A stretch of 61,666 nt of DNA, filler included, from Malassezia furfur (lineage: Eukaryota): the NCBI GenBank assembly GCA_052055015.1. It is 6 parts of 6 records of this genome, joined end to end, with 100 filler letters (N's around TTAATTAATTAA, not from the genome) between each part and the next. Parts side by side here need not be neighbours in the genome. Positions count along the whole stretch, not along the records: positions 30,991 to 41,172 come from JBQJIT010000400.1; positions 41,273 to 51,423 come from JBQJIT010000401.1; 4 more parts are not named here. One strand, written 5' to 3'. The notes below the pieces were generated by a model, which saw only the letters and a program-made list of their open reading frames with translations, made no database searches and was not told the DNA's origin. This document shows, in pieces, positions 32,769-43,684 of the stretch (position 1 is the first letter of the stretch; every line of letters begins with the position of its first letter). A program made the translations under genes and the position numbers.

Positions 32769-35700
32769 ATGGCCTCGGATCACAATGAGCATTCTGTACC
32801 GCCGCCGCCCGCGGATGCGGTACAGGAACCCACGTCCGAACAGACGGGCCTTTTGAAGGAGGCGGAGTCGTCCGAGACGAAGAGCGACGCCGCCGAAGCG
32901 GCGCCGCCGCCGGCGACCGAGGTCGCGACCATCGCGTCCGAGGACGCGGCGATGCCAGAAGATGCAAAATTGGGCGACGTCCCGCAGGTCGCAGCGGCCG
33001 AGGCGCGTGTCGAGGCCGAGGCGAATGCAGACGCTGCACCGACGGCGCCAGAAGAAACGCAGCAAGACCCGGCGGTGGACGCCGCCGAAGCGCACGCCGC
33101 GCAGGCGACGGATGCACCCACGTCCGAGGTGCACGACGAGTCGGTGACCGATGCGGCGCCAGCTGCGGGCGTCGACGCCGCACCCAACTCGGCGCCAGCG
33201 GCGGACGCCGATGCCCTGCCCGAATCGGCTCCCGCGGCGCAAGAAGCAGTTGAGGAACCAAGTACGGCCGCTCTGCCAGACATGGTGACCCCCGCTGAGG
33301 CGCACGAGGGCGGTGTGGTAGCGGAGCCCAACCATGATGCGGCCGCGCCGGTGTCAGACGGTGCGGCGGCGACGGCTTCGGACGACGCGTCGGCGCCGGT
33401 GTCGGATCGCACGGCTGCTGTCCCCGCGCCGTCATCCCGCCCGCCGACGCCGCCGGCCAAGACGAGTGTGCCACAAGGCGTGCAGGTGTCGTTGGCGGCG
33501 CCGGCTGATGCGGATGGGCCCGGTGCCGAGCGCCCTGCGTTGCGCGTCGACTTGGACGGTCCCTCGGAGCGCGAGAGCGGCTCGACGACGCCGGTGCGCT
33601 CGCCGATGCAGCATTCGGCGTCGAGCGCGAGCAGTTTGACGCGCGGTGGCGCCGTGTTTGTGGTGTCGGCGCTCGAGACGATCGCCTCGTCCAAAGACGC
33701 GAAGCGGTCCAAGGAGCTCAAAGACAGTGCCACGACGGCGCTCGAGATGGTGCGCCATGCGACGGCGCCCGATGCCGCCTCGCCCGAGCCGCGTGTGTTG
33801 GACCCCCGTGTGGTGTTTGCGCCGCTGCGGCTCGCGTGTCAGACGAAGAACCTCTCGCTGCAGATCACGAGTCTGGACTGCATCGCGAAGCTGGTGAGCT
33901 ACGCCTTTTTCGCCGAGGACGAGCCGGCGGAGACGGCGGCGCCGGAGGCCGCAGTGCCGAGCACGCCGCTGGCCGACCTGGTCGTGGAGACCGTGTGTGA
34001 GTGCTTCGAGGACCAGCTGGACGAGCGCGTCGGGGTGCAGATTGTCAAGGCGCTGCTGGCGTGTGTGCTGTCGACGAGCATCCGTGTGCACCAGTCGAGT
34101 CTGCTGCACGCGGTGCGCACGGTGTACAATGTGTTCCTTGTGTCGCGCACGCCGGCGACGCAGGCGATTGCGCAGGGGAGCCTGTCGCAGATGATCTCGT
34201 ACGTGTTCAGCCGTGTGCCGCGCAAGACGAAAGGCGCTGCGCCGCTCCCCGAGGAGCCCGAGAAGGAGACGGAGCATGTGACGCTGCAGATGATGGAGAA
34301 CCGCACCTCGTTTGAGGGCGGCGTGGAGCGCGACGAGATGCTCACGGCGTCGGCGGCGATGGATGCGCCGGACCTGCTGGTGAAGGATGCGTTCCTTGTG
34401 CTGCGTGCGCTGTGCAAGCTGAGTATGAAGGCGCTGGGGTCCGAGAGCGAGCGCGACTTGCGCTCGCAGGCGATGCGGTCCAAGCTGCTGTCGCTGCACA
34501 TGATCCACACGATTCTGGCGACGCACATGGACGTGTTCACCGACAGCAGCGTGCAGATCCACAGCACGAGCACCGGCGAGCAGAGCTCGTTTGTGCAGGC
34601 GGCGAAGCAGTACCTGTGCCTGAGCCTGAGCCGCAACGCGGTGAGCAGCGTGATCCAGGTGTTTGAGATCAGCTGCGAGATCTTCTGGCTGGTGATCCAG
34701 GGGATGCGCACCAAGGTCAAGAAGGAGATCGAGGTGCTCTTCAACGAAATCTTCCTCCCGATCCTCGAGATGCGCAGCAGCACCGCGGCGCAAAAGTCGG
34801 TGCTGCTCGGCGTGGTGGTGGGGCGTCTGTGCCGCGACCCGCAGGCGCTCGTCGAGGTGTACCTGAACTACGACTGCGGCCGCTCTGCGCTGGAGAACGT
34901 GTACGAGCGGCTGATGAACACCATCTCGCGCCTGGTGCAGGCGCCGCCGCCGTCGACGCCCTCCACGAGCACGGCGGACCCCGCGGCGGAGGCGCGCAGC
35001 TCCACGCCGCTGCACCGCCTGCCCGGCGGTGCGGGCGGGGCCGACGCCGAGGTGCCCGAGCACAGCGGCATGCCGCTCGAGGTGCGCCTCAAGCGCCAGA
35101 GCCTCGACTGCCTCTGCAGCGTGCTCCACTCGCTCGTCCTCTGGCTCCACCGCCACGTGGACGCCGAGGAGCGCGCGGCGCATGCGGCGGATGCGGCGCG
35201 TGCGGCGCACCCGGCGGTGGAGGAGGTGGTGGGTGCGGCGGCGCCCGACGACGACCCGGGGCGCTTTGAGAACGCCAAGGCGCGCAAGACGACGCTGCTG
35301 GAGGCGATCCGCACGTTCAACTACAAGCCGAAGCGCGGGATTGAGCGCCTGATTGAGCACGGGTTCATCCGCGACCGCACGCCGACGTCGATCGCGCGTT
35401 TCCTCTTCTTTGCCGACGGGCTGAGCAAGACGAACATTGGCGAGTACCTCGGCGAGGGCGACGCGGAGAACGTGGCGGTGATGCATGCGTTTGTCGACCT
35501 GATGAACTTTGACCAGATGCCGTTCACCACCGCGCTGCGCCGTTTCCTGCAAGCCTTCCGTCTCCCCGGCGAGGCGCAAAAAATTGACCGCTTCATGCTC
35601 AAGTTTGCCGAGCGGTACGTCGCCGGGAACAAGACGGCGTTTGCGAACGCCGACACGGCGTACGTGCTGGCGTACTCGGTGATCATGCTCAACACCGACG

Positions 35701-38700
35701 CGCACAACCCCCAGGTGAAGCACCGCATGACGCTGCAAGACTTTGTCAAGAACAACGCGGGGATCGACGACGGGCGCAATTTGCCCGAGGACTACCTGCG
35801 CGCCATCTACGACGAGATCCAGCGCAACGAGATCAAGATGAAGGACGAGGTGGCCGCGGCGCCGGCCGCGCCGCAGGGCACGTTTGCCACGGCCATGGCG
35901 GCCGTCGGGCGCGACTGGCAGCACGAGGCGTACGTGCGGCAGTCGGAGGGCATGGCGAGCCGCACCGAGGTGCTCTTCCGCACGATGCTCCTGGCGCAGC
36001 GCCGCGCGGGCTCGCAGAAGCGCGCGCTGGCCGACCAGTTCTTCTCGGCGTCGCACATGGAGCACGTCAAGCCGATGTTTGAGGTGGCGTGGATGTCGTT
36101 CCTGGCCGGGATCAGCTCGCCGCTGCAGGACAGCAACGACCCCGACACCATCCGGCAGGTGCTGCAGGGCTTCCGCGACGCGATCAAGATTGTGTGCTTC
36201 TTTGGCTTGGAGCTGGAGCGCAACGCGTTTGTCACGACGCTCGGCAAGTTTACCTTTTTGAACAACTACGGCGAGATGAAGAGCAAGAATGTCGAGACGA
36301 TCAAGGTGCTGCTCGACATTGCGCACACCGAGGGCAACGAGCTGCGCGGCTCGTGGCGCGAGGTGCTCACGTGTGTGAGCCAGCTGGAGCGCTTCCAGCT
36401 GATCAGCGGCGGCGTCGACCAGCGCATCCTGCCCGAGCTTGGGCGGCGGCAGACGGGCGCGGCGAACGGTGCGCGCGCGCCGAGTGCGCTGCCCAACGAG
36501 GAGGTCGCGCAGGCGGGCGTCTCGACGGAGATCACCGTGGCGTCCGACCGCGTGTTCTCCTCGACGCCGAGCCTGAGCGGCGAGGCGATCGTCGACTTTG
36601 TGCAGTGCCTCTGCGACCTGTCCTGGGAGGAGATCCAGGCGTCGGGCATGTCGGACAACCCCCGCCTCTTCTCCCTGCAGAAGCTCGTGGAGATCAGCTA
36701 CTACAACATGTCGCGTATCCGCATGGAGTGGTCGCGCCTCTGGGCGATCCTCGGCGAGCACTTCAACCAGGTGTGCTGCCACCCGAACCCGGCGGTGAGC
36801 GCGTTTGGCCTCGACTCGCTGCGCCAGCTCGCGATGAAGTTCCTCGAGAAGGACGAGCTGAGCCACTTCAAGTTCCAGAAGGACTTCCTCAAGCCGTTCG
36901 AGTACACCATGCGCCGCAACCCCGACGTGGGCGCCAAGGAGATGGTGCTGCAGTGCCTCGAGCAGATGATCCAGTCGCGCGCCAACCACATCCGCTCGGG
37001 GTGGGCGACCATGCTCGGCGTGTTTGGCGTCGCTGCGGGCGCGCCCGAGCGTGTGGCGGTGTATGCGTTTGAGCTGGTGCGCCGTGTGTACGCCGAGCAG
37101 CTCGACGCGATCATCGCCAACGACTCGTTCGGCGACCTGTGCGTGTGCATGGCGCACTTTGGCAAGGTCGGCTCGCAGAAGATCTCGCTGCCGGCCACCG
37201 AGCTGCTGCGCACCATGGTGCCGGGCGGCGACGAGGCGTCGGACACGTCGACGATCGACAAGGACGCCGAGCCGCCGCGCGCGGCCACCGACCAGTGGCT
37301 CCCGGTGCTCTTTGCGCTGTACGACATCCTGATGACCGGCGACGACCTCGAGGTGCGCCGCGTCGCGCTCGACGCGCTCTTTGGCCTGCTGCGCGACCAC
37401 GGCGCGCAGTTCACCCCGGCGTTCTGGGACACGGTGTGCCAGGACGTGCTGTTCCCCATCTTCAACGTGCTGCGCAACCGCTCCGACGTGACACGCTTCT
37501 CGTCGCAGGAGGACATGAGCGTGTGGCTCAGCACGACGATGATCCAGGCGCTGCGGCACCTCGTCGAGCTCTGGACGCACTACTTCGACACGCTCAAGCA
37601 GCGCCTCGCGGGGCTGCTCGAGCTGCTCTGCGCGTGCATCTGCCAGGAGAACGACACGCTCGCGCGCATCGGCACCACCTGCCTGCGCGAGCTCGTGGTG
37701 CAGAACGTCGACAAGCTCGACGAGGGGCGCTGGCAGCTGGTCACGGACGCCTTCCTGCGCCTGTTCCGCGCGACGACCGCGTCGCAGGTGTTTGACCCCG
37801 CACTCAGCTCGCCGAGCGCGCCCATGGGCCAGACGGAGCGGCGGCACGCGTTCAAGCAGATCATCGTCAAGTGCGTCCTGCAGCTGCTCCTCATCGAGAC
37901 GACCAATGCGCTGCTCCAGGAGCCGGCCGTGTACGCGGCGATCCCCGCGGACCAGCTGCTGCGCCTCACGCAGGCACTCGAGGACAGCTACCGCTTCTCG
38001 CGCCGCTTCAACGCGGACCGTGCGCTGCGCACCGCGCTCTGGAAGGTGGGCTTCATGAAGCAGCTGCCCAACCTGCTCAAGCAGGAGTCGACGTCCGCCT
38101 CGACGCTCGTGCACGTCTACCTGCAGATGCAGACGGACGCGGGGCGCCTCGACGCCCACCAGCAGGTCAGCGCGCGCTTTGTGCCGCTCGCCGAGGAGAT
38201 CATCAGCGTCTACCTCCCGCTCGACAACGAGACGCAGGCACGCAACATCGCCGCCTGGACGCCGGTCGTGGCTCAGGTGATCGACGGGCTCGCGACGCTC
38301 TACGACATGCCCAACACGGAGCCGGCCACCAAGGAACAGTGCACTCGCACTTTTTACCTGCTCGTCGTCGAGCTGCTCGACAAGATCGGCATGGCACCCG
38401 CGCTCGCCGTGCCGCTGCGGCGGTACCTGACCGTCGTCGGCGTGCACCACGGGCTCATCAACCTCGCCGCCGCCACGGAACGCACACGCATCCGCGAGGA
38501 GGAGCAGCGCGCGGCGCAGAACCAACTGCTGCACGCCACGCCGTCGATGGCCAATCTGCTCGTCACGCCCGACCGGTCGAACAGCGACTTGCTCATGCGC
38601 GACGCGGCAAATGCCTCGGTCGAGATGCTCCCGCCCCGCTCGCCCATGCGCTCACCGCCGCAATCCGAGGCACGCCTTGCGGCACCCGAAGAAGGCGCCT

Positions 38701-38702
38701 AG
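32769..38702 (+). CDS. SEC7: Arf guanine nucleotide exchange factor Sec7/BIG
   Basis: DCB/HUS (YLNYDC), Sec7 domain FRLPGEAQKIDRFM and YSVIMLNTD, HDS (FSLQKLVEISYYNM), C-terminal LPNLLKQE. Confidence 0.97.
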   Translation: MASDHNEHSVPPPPADAVQEPTSEQTGLLKEAESSETKSDAAEAAPPPATEVATIASEDAAMPEDAKLGDVPQVAAAEARVEAEANADAAPTAPEETQQDPAVDAAEAHAAQATDAPTSEVHDESVTDAAPAAGVDAAPNSAPAADADALPESAPAAQEAVEEPSTAALPDMVTPAEAHEGGVVAEPNHDAAAPVSDGAAATASDDASAPVSDRTAAVPAPSSRPPTPPAKTSVPQGVQVSLAAPADADGPGAERPALRVDLDGPSERESGSTTPVRSPMQHSASSASSLTRGGAVFVVSALETIASSKDAKRSKELKDSATTALEMVRHATAPDAASPEPRVLDPRVVFAPLRLACQTKNLSLQITSLDCIAKLVSYAFFAEDEPAETAAPEAAVPSTPLADLVVETVCECFEDQLDERVGVQIVKALLACVLSTSIRVHQSSLLHAVRTVYNVFLVSRTPATQAIAQGSLSQMISYVFSRVPRKTKGAAPLPEEPEKETEHVTLQMMENRTSFEGGVERDEMLTASAAMDAPDLLVKDAFLVLRALCKLSMKALGSESERDLRSQAMRSKLLSLHMIHTILATHMDVFTDSSVQIHSTSTGEQSSFVQAAKQYLCLSLSRNAVSSVIQVFEISCEIFWLVIQGMRTKVKKEIEVLFNEIFLPILEMRSSTAAQKSVLLGVVVGRLCRDPQALVEVYLNYDCGRSALENVYERLMNTISRLVQAPPPSTPSTSTADPAAEARSSTPLHRLPGGAGGADAEVPEHSGMPLEVRLKRQSLDCLCSVLHSLVLWLHRHVDAEERAAHAADAARAAHPAVEEVVGAAAPDDDPGRFENAKARKTTLLEAIRTFNYKPKRGIERLIEHGFIRDRTPTSIARFLFFADGLSKTNIGEYLGEGDAENVAVMHAFVDLMNFDQMPFTTALRRFLQAFRLPGEAQKIDRFMLKFAERYVAGNKTAFANADTAYVLAYSVIMLNTDAHNPQVKHRMTLQDFVKNNAGIDDGRNLPEDYLRAIYDEIQRNEIKMKDEVAAAPAAPQGTFATAMAAVGRDWQHEAYVRQSEGMASRTEVLFRTMLLAQRRAGSQKRALADQFFSASHMEHVKPMFEVAWMSFLAGISSPLQDSNDPDTIRQVLQGFRDAIKIVCFFGLELERNAFVTTLGKFTFLNNYGEMKSKNVETIKVLLDIAHTEGNELRGSWREVLTCVSQLERFQLISGGVDQRILPELGRRQTGAANGARAPSALPNEEVAQAGVSTEITVASDRVFSSTPSLSGEAIVDFVQCLCDLSWEEIQASGMSDNPRLFSLQKLVEISYYNMSRIRMEWSRLWAILGEHFNQVCCHPNPAVSAFGLDSLRQLAMKFLEKDELSHFKFQKDFLKPFEYTMRRNPDVGAKEMVLQCLEQMIQSRANHIRSGWATMLGVFGVAAGAPERVAVYAFELVRRVYAEQLDAIIANDSFGDLCVCMAHFGKVGSQKISLPATELLRTMVPGGDEASDTSTIDKDAEPPRAATDQWLPVLFALYDILMTGDDLEVRRVALDALFGLLRDHGAQFTPAFWDTVCQDVLFPIFNVLRNRSDVTRFSSQEDMSVWLSTTMIQALRHLVELWTHYFDTLKQRLAGLLELLCACICQENDTLARIGTTCLRELVVQNVDKLDEGRWQLVTDAFLRLFRATTASQVFDPALSSPSAPMGQTERRHAFKQIIVKCVLQLLLIETTNALLQEPAVYAAIPADQLLRLTQALEDSYRFSRRFNADRALRTALWKVGFMKQLPNLLKQESTSASTLVHVYLQMQTDAGRLDAHQQVSARFVPLAEEIISVYLPLDNETQARNIAAWTPVVAQVIDGLATLYDMPNTEPATKEQCTRTFYLLVVELLDKIGMAPALAVPLRRYLTVVGVHHGLINLAAATERTRIREEEQRAAQNQLLHATPSMANLLVTPDRSNSDLLMRDAANASVEMLPPRSPMRSPPQSEARLAAPEEGA

Positions 38703-38730
38703 TCTCCCCAGCCTCCCCCCGTAGCCTCTC

Positions 38731-38756
38731 AAAAAAAAAAAAAAAAAAAAAAAAAA
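38731..38756 (+). repeat. Poly(dA) tract between convergent SEC7 and TIF6
   Basis: About 26 consecutive A. Confidence 0.9.
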
Positions 38757-38786
38757 GAGGGCGTGAGCAGCTACAGAGATGATCTA

Positions 38787-39552
38787 TTATGCGTACGAGT
38801 CCACCAGGGCATCCCGCAGCTCGTTGACAACGGCGCCAGCCTCCTGGCCCTGCAGACGGAAGGTCGACTCAATGACACTGATCTCCGTCGCGGTCGTATG
38901 CATCCCAACGAACGCGGCCCAGTCGTTGACCAGCACACCGGCGCCGATCAAGTCTGAGCCACGGTTCACCGTCCCTGCCACAAGCGGCACCTGGAGCAGC
39001 GACGACAGCTCGTCCTGGTCCTGCAGCGACGTCTTGGGGTGCACGAGTGCGCCCTGGTTCGACAGCGCCGAGTAGGAGCCGACCAGCACATTGTCGCCGA
39101 CGGTTTGCCGGAACACTTCCACCTTGAGCACGTCGGCGATAATCTCCTCCGTCTCGCGGTCGAGGTCGGGGTGCACAATGGCAACATAATCTGCACGGTG
39201 AGTTGGAAGACGACGTACCATTGCAGGCAATCACATTGCCTAGCGCGCTCAGACGCTCCTCAACCCGCTGGATCGCGACCGAGTCGGGCAAGCTATTCCG
39301 CAGGTGCTGCAGCTCCTGATCCGTGGTGGTCATCGGCACAAGCAGGCCATGGCGGTTGCCCACCGTAAGACGGCCCACGAGCCGTGTCCCTGCGATGGAG
39401 CAGTGCACGACCGGAATCAGGTCGCCGAGCTCGGTCTCGAACGTCGAGTAAAAGTTGGCCGAGCCACCGATGGTGACCAGGCAGTAGGAGTTGGTCAGGC
39501 GTGCGAACACGCCGATCTCGCTCGAGTTTTCAAACTGGCAACGGACCGCCAT
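38787..39552 (-). CDS. TIF6: Translation initiation factor eIF6
   Basis: [28 protein letters not shown] (spliced at 28-nt intron 39191-39218), VAGTVNRGS. Confidence 0.97.
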
Positions 39553-39663
39553 CGTGTCGACGGCGCGAAGAAGGACTGCTGCGTGCGTGTGGCGGCCCGA
39601 AGAATAATTTTTGCCCACGGCCGAAGCTGAGGTCAGCGTCCACCGTCGGTCGCCTTAGCCACG

Positions 39664-39981
39664 ATGGATTGTAGGTCGGCCTGGCTCACACAGTGTCGCA
39701 ACTCTCTTCGAGCGAGCAGCTCGCTATGCAGCGCGTCATTGAGCAGAAGCAGATGAAGGACTTCATGCGGCTCTACACGAGCCTCGTCGAGCGCTGCTTC
39801 AACGACTGCGTGAACGACTTTACCAGCAAGGCCGTCACTTCCAAGGAGCAGACGTGCGTCGCGAACTGCACGCAAAAGTTCCTCAAGCACTCGGAGCGTG
39901 TCGGTGCCCGCTTTGGCGAGGAAAAGTAGGTGGTGAGACGGCTCACACAGTGCGCGACTCATGCAGTCCCAAAAGCCGTAG
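39664..39981 (+). CDS. TIM9: Mitochondrial small Tim chaperone
   Basis: [10 protein letters not shown], twin CX3C (CFNDC, CVANC), [13 protein letters not shown]; introns 39671-39693 and 39926-39950. Confidence 0.93.
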
Positions 39982-40509
39982 AATGCGCCCACAGCAGCGT
40001 CATCGGCGCATGCAGCGCGAGCGGCAATCCAAGCATCGAATGAACGTACAGAGGGAATGGCGTGTGTGGGTGGTCGTGAGGGAGGCGACGTCGGCCTCGT
40101 ACGCAAATGGCGCAGAAATTGTCCCCTATCGTACCGCGTGCTGGTCCAGAGAGTGAGGGCATGTCAGGGGCGTCGTTGGCTATGGCAGCCCCCAGCTCTC
40201 GCAGAAGAGCCGCGTTCACGGCTGGTGGCTGCACGGCGTCGTCGGCATGGCATGGCAACGTCAGTATGCCCACGAGTAGATGCGAGGCGCTAGGGAGACT
40301 AGGGACATGGCGGCGTGCACTGCGTATGGCATGGCCGAGCGCCCACTGCATACGGTGCTGCGATCTGTGGTACGCTACGGCGCCGTGTGCGGCGCCGCGA
40401 GCGGCGGCGTCGGCTGGGCGCCTGTGGGGCGCTGCGGTCGTGCCGGCGCCCCGCACGCCGTGTCCTCCACATCCACGCGCGGCACGCCGCTGGCCCCCTT
40501 GTCCCTGTG

Positions 40510-40835
40510 CGTGCGCCGGGCCCCCTCTTATGCCGATGCCCCAAGGTGCACGCGATCCTGTCTCCCAGCGTGGTATAGCGTCGTCGCGGCGTGCGCGTGC
40601 GCACGGTGCTGCCGCGCTGGGCCTTGGCGCCCCCGACCCTGTGGCCGATGCCGAGACCTATGAACTGTCCACGGCCGCGACCGACGTAGAAGACGCGCCC
40701 TTTACCGCGGTCCCCGTATTCGCGAGTGCGGGCTTTGACGCGCTGACCGCCGGCGAGTATACGTGGATGTTTGCCTCGCTGGCGGTCGTGGCCGCGCTGA
40801 CGGGCGTGGGCCTGGCCGTGTGCTTCGCGATGTAG
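40510..40835 (+). CDS. Small hypothetical membrane protein (start uncertain)
   Basis: ORF ending in a hydrophobic helix (WMFASLAVVAALTGVGLAVCFAM). Confidence 0.4.
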
Positions 40836-40863
40836 CCACGTGGCACTTAAGGGCTACCCAGCG

Positions 40864-41172
40864 ATGCCCACCATCGCGGCCGCTTGGCTGCCCGACGCGG
40901 TGCGTGCCGCGTCGGACGAGGCGGCGTTGGAGTCTATGTACGTGTACTGCCTCATGTAGACGTGCTCAATTGCACGAGAATGTCGACACGCGCGACGCCG
41001 CCGTCGCGGCGCTGCTGCGCGCGTGTGCGTTGCACGGCGCGCCGACGGCGCACGCCGCGGCCGCGGTGCTGCACGGCGAAGGCGCCTGGACGGATGCTCT
41101 GTTGGACCTGGTATGGGCGGAGAGCGTCACGTTGTACTTGCCGACGTCCGACAGCACCTGCGCGATGCCCGC
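40864..41172 (+). CDS. Hypothetical protein, 3' truncated
   Basis: MPTIAAAWLPDAVRAASDEAALES joined by a 22-nt GTACGT..TAG intron (40938-40959) to an open frame that runs into the gap. Confidence 0.55.
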
Positions 41173-41272
41173 NNNNNNNNNNNNNNNNNNNNNNNNNNNN
41201 NNNNNNNNNNNNNNNNTTAATTAATTAANNNNNNNNNNNNNNNNNNNNNNNNNNNNNNNNNNNNNNNNNNNN
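41173..41272. other. Artificial contig linker
   Basis: N44-TTAATTAATTAA-N44. Confidence 0.98.
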
Positions 41273-41660
41273 CCGCAGCGCTCGCCGCCTGCGCCGGCGC
41301 CGCCGTCGCCGCGGCACGACTCGTCGTCGGCACCACACGGCGCCCGGCGTACTCGTCCAAATACACGTCCGCACGCTCCAGCAAATGGTCCACGAGATCT
41401 CCGGCCGCCGCGGTAAACGTGCTTGCCGCCGCGACGTGCTCGGCGTCCTGCATGCCGGGTTCTGCATGCGACGCCTCCGCCATCCATGCGCGCATCGCCA
41501 GCAGAATCTGCCCGAGCTCGTCCGTGGCATTGCGCAGCGAGCGCTGTACACCCGGATCGATCGAACAGTAAAAGTCGAGGTCCGTCGCGCCGGGCAGCTG
41601 CGACGCCGTGTGCGTCGCCGCGGCGAGCGCGCGGCTCATCTCGCCGAGCCGCTCTTCCAT
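41273..41660 (-). CDS. RRP6: Exosome nuclease Rrp6 N-terminus (PMC2NT domain), 3' truncated
   Basis: ATHTASQLP..DLDFYCSID..VDHLLERADVYLDEY matches the Rrp6 N-terminal pattern. Confidence 0.75.
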
Positions 41661-41707
41661 CGTCGCAGGACAAAATGTGCTGAGTCAGCATCGCTGCGCG
41701 CGTCACC

Positions 41708-42992
41708 ATGGACACGACGGTGCCGTCCGTGCGCGTCGCGCCGCTCACCGCGTCGTACACGTACCAGTCCGCGATCCCGGACCAGTGCGTGGGAGGCACA
41801 GGTGCCAGGCGCGTCCCATGCGTTTTGGGCGTCGACGAGGCAGGGCGCGGGCCGGTGCTGGGGCCGCTCGTGTATGGCATTGCCTACTGCCCCGAAGACC
41901 AGCAGGAGATGCTCCGCGACGTCGGCTTTGCAGGTACGCTGCCCTGCTCACACAGACTCCAAGACCATCACTGCCGAGCGGCGCGACGCACTGCTCGCGG
42001 CGCTGCGCGAGCACCACGCGTCCATGGGTACGCCGTTTCTTCTCACGCAGGATGGGCGGTTCGTGTAATGTCGCCGCAGGATATCTCGGCGGGCATGCTC
42101 AAGCGCCGCGCACACAACCTCAACGCACAGAGCTCGGATGCCACTGTGCTGCTCATTCAGGGCATCCTCGACTCGGGCGTCGACATCACCAAGGTACGCT
42201 GCTTCCCTCCTCACACCCCAGATCTTTGTCGATACGGTCGGCGACCCCAACGCGTACAAGCGACTGCTCCAGTCGCACTTCCCGCGGCACACGCACATTG
42301 AGTGGACCGTGACGCGCAAGGCCGACGCGATTTACCCCATTGTCGGCGCCGCGAGCATTGCCGCGAAGGTCACGCGCGACCGGTGCCTGGAGCACTGGAT
42401 GTATGCCGAGCGCAACCTCGTCCTGCCATCCTCGCTCGAGGGCGCTGCCGGCCAGAAGCGCAAGCATGAGGACGACGAGCAGGCCGAAGAGGAGGAAGCG
42501 AGTGCCTACGTGACTGGCAGCGGATACCCTGGTGACCCACGCACCGTGCGCTACCTGCAAGAGACGCTCGACCCCGTGTTTGGCTGGGCAGGCATTGTGC
42601 GCTTCAGCTGGGCGACGGCCAAGACGATGCTGGAAGAGGCGCGGCCCACGCGCGGCTCGCGCCGGGGCCAGGAGACTGGCGCCGACGACGTGGCCTACTC
42701 GCCATTCGGCACGCGACTTCCGAGCGCCACGCGCGGCTACACGGTGCGCTGGATCGATGAGCCGGCAACGCTCACCGACTTCTTTTCGCGCGCGGCGCCG
42801 CGCAAAATTGGCGCGCCGCGCGGGATGAGCACCAAGGCCAAGGCGCCGGCGGCGGCCGCGGCACCCGCACCGGCGCTCCCGGTGCCGCAGCGGTTGCAGC
42901 AGGCCGACCAAGAGGCGCAGCGCAAGCACCGCTCGGCGCTCTGGCGCGACCTGTCGCTGAGCCATGCGGGTGCTGCGGATTTGTTTGGGTAG
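41708..42992 (+). CDS. RNH201: Ribonuclease H2 catalytic subunit A
   Basis: GVDEAGRGPVLGP, FADSK, IFVDTVG, KAD..VGAASIAAKVTRD, GSGYPGDP; introns 41934-41955, 42028-42050, 42194-42221. Confidence 0.95.
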
Positions 42993-43050
42993 GAATGGGG
43001 TAATACTATCTATACTCGTTACTTTCCACACATCAGGAGAAGTGCCCCTA

Positions 43051-43449
43051 TCAAAGGAGCACCACGCCGGCCACCGACACCAAGGCCAGCGTCAGCAAAA
43101 GGGTGGGCGCTGCGCCGAGCGCCGCTGTGTTCGTCGCCTCCAGCGCCGCATCGTAGCCGCTGATCTGGCTCTTGCTCAGGATCGTGCCCGACTTGAAGTT
43201 AGTCGGCGTGGGCGTCGAGCTGGATGGCGGGGGGGTGTAGCCGTCAATCGACTCCATCGAGACGTGCGTCGTCGGAGAGCCACCGCCGCCGCCGAGGGCC
43301 GCGCCGCCCGCCACGGTCGTGTCCTGACGACCAAAGAGGACGTGCTTGGATGTTTCTGTGTAAGCTTTTCGAGACGCACCTTGCTTGGCGCTCACAAGCG
43401 TTGTCGCCGCGAGGAGCGCGAGCACTGCAAAACCGGCCACGGAGCGCAT
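43051..43449 (-). CDS. Small secreted, probably GPI-anchored Ser/Thr-rich protein
   Basis: Signal peptide MRSVAGFAVLALLAATTLVSA, PPPSSSTPTPT core, hydrophobic C-terminus with no cytosolic tail. Confidence 0.75.
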   Translation of the reverse strand: MRSVAGFAVLALLAATTLVSAKQGASRKAYTETSKHVLFGRQDTTVAGGAALGGGGGSPTTHVSMESIDGYTPPPSSSTPTPTNFKSGTILSKSQISGYDAALEATNTAALGAAPTLLLTLALVSVAGVVLL

Positions 43450-43684
43450 CGCAGGGAACGCAACGTCGCGCAGCTCCGTCGGCGCGCGCCTGGGTCGGCG
43501 CGGCACGAGAAACATTACCTAATCCTGACCTACATCACGTGCCTTTTGTCGCTCTGCACTTGCGAAGACGAGACGCTGGATGCTACGTGCGCCATTCGCA
43601 CGACACTTGGAGACGTGTACCCCGTTGTGGCGTACATTCCATACCTCTGTCGCTGTTGAAAAGAAACTCAAAGTTCCCAAGAAA

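Noticed and set aside
33432..38534. Very long antisense ORFs (1700 aa here; also 17292-20522, 2925-4706, 11242-13329, 56850-58121)
   Set aside because: Shadows of real genes: strong GC3 bias removes stops from the codon-aligned antisense frame; the translations have no recognisable motifs.
39959..40456. Minus-strand ORF between TIM9 and the small membrane protein
   Set aside because: No ATG start or recognisable motif; cannot be supported without expression data.
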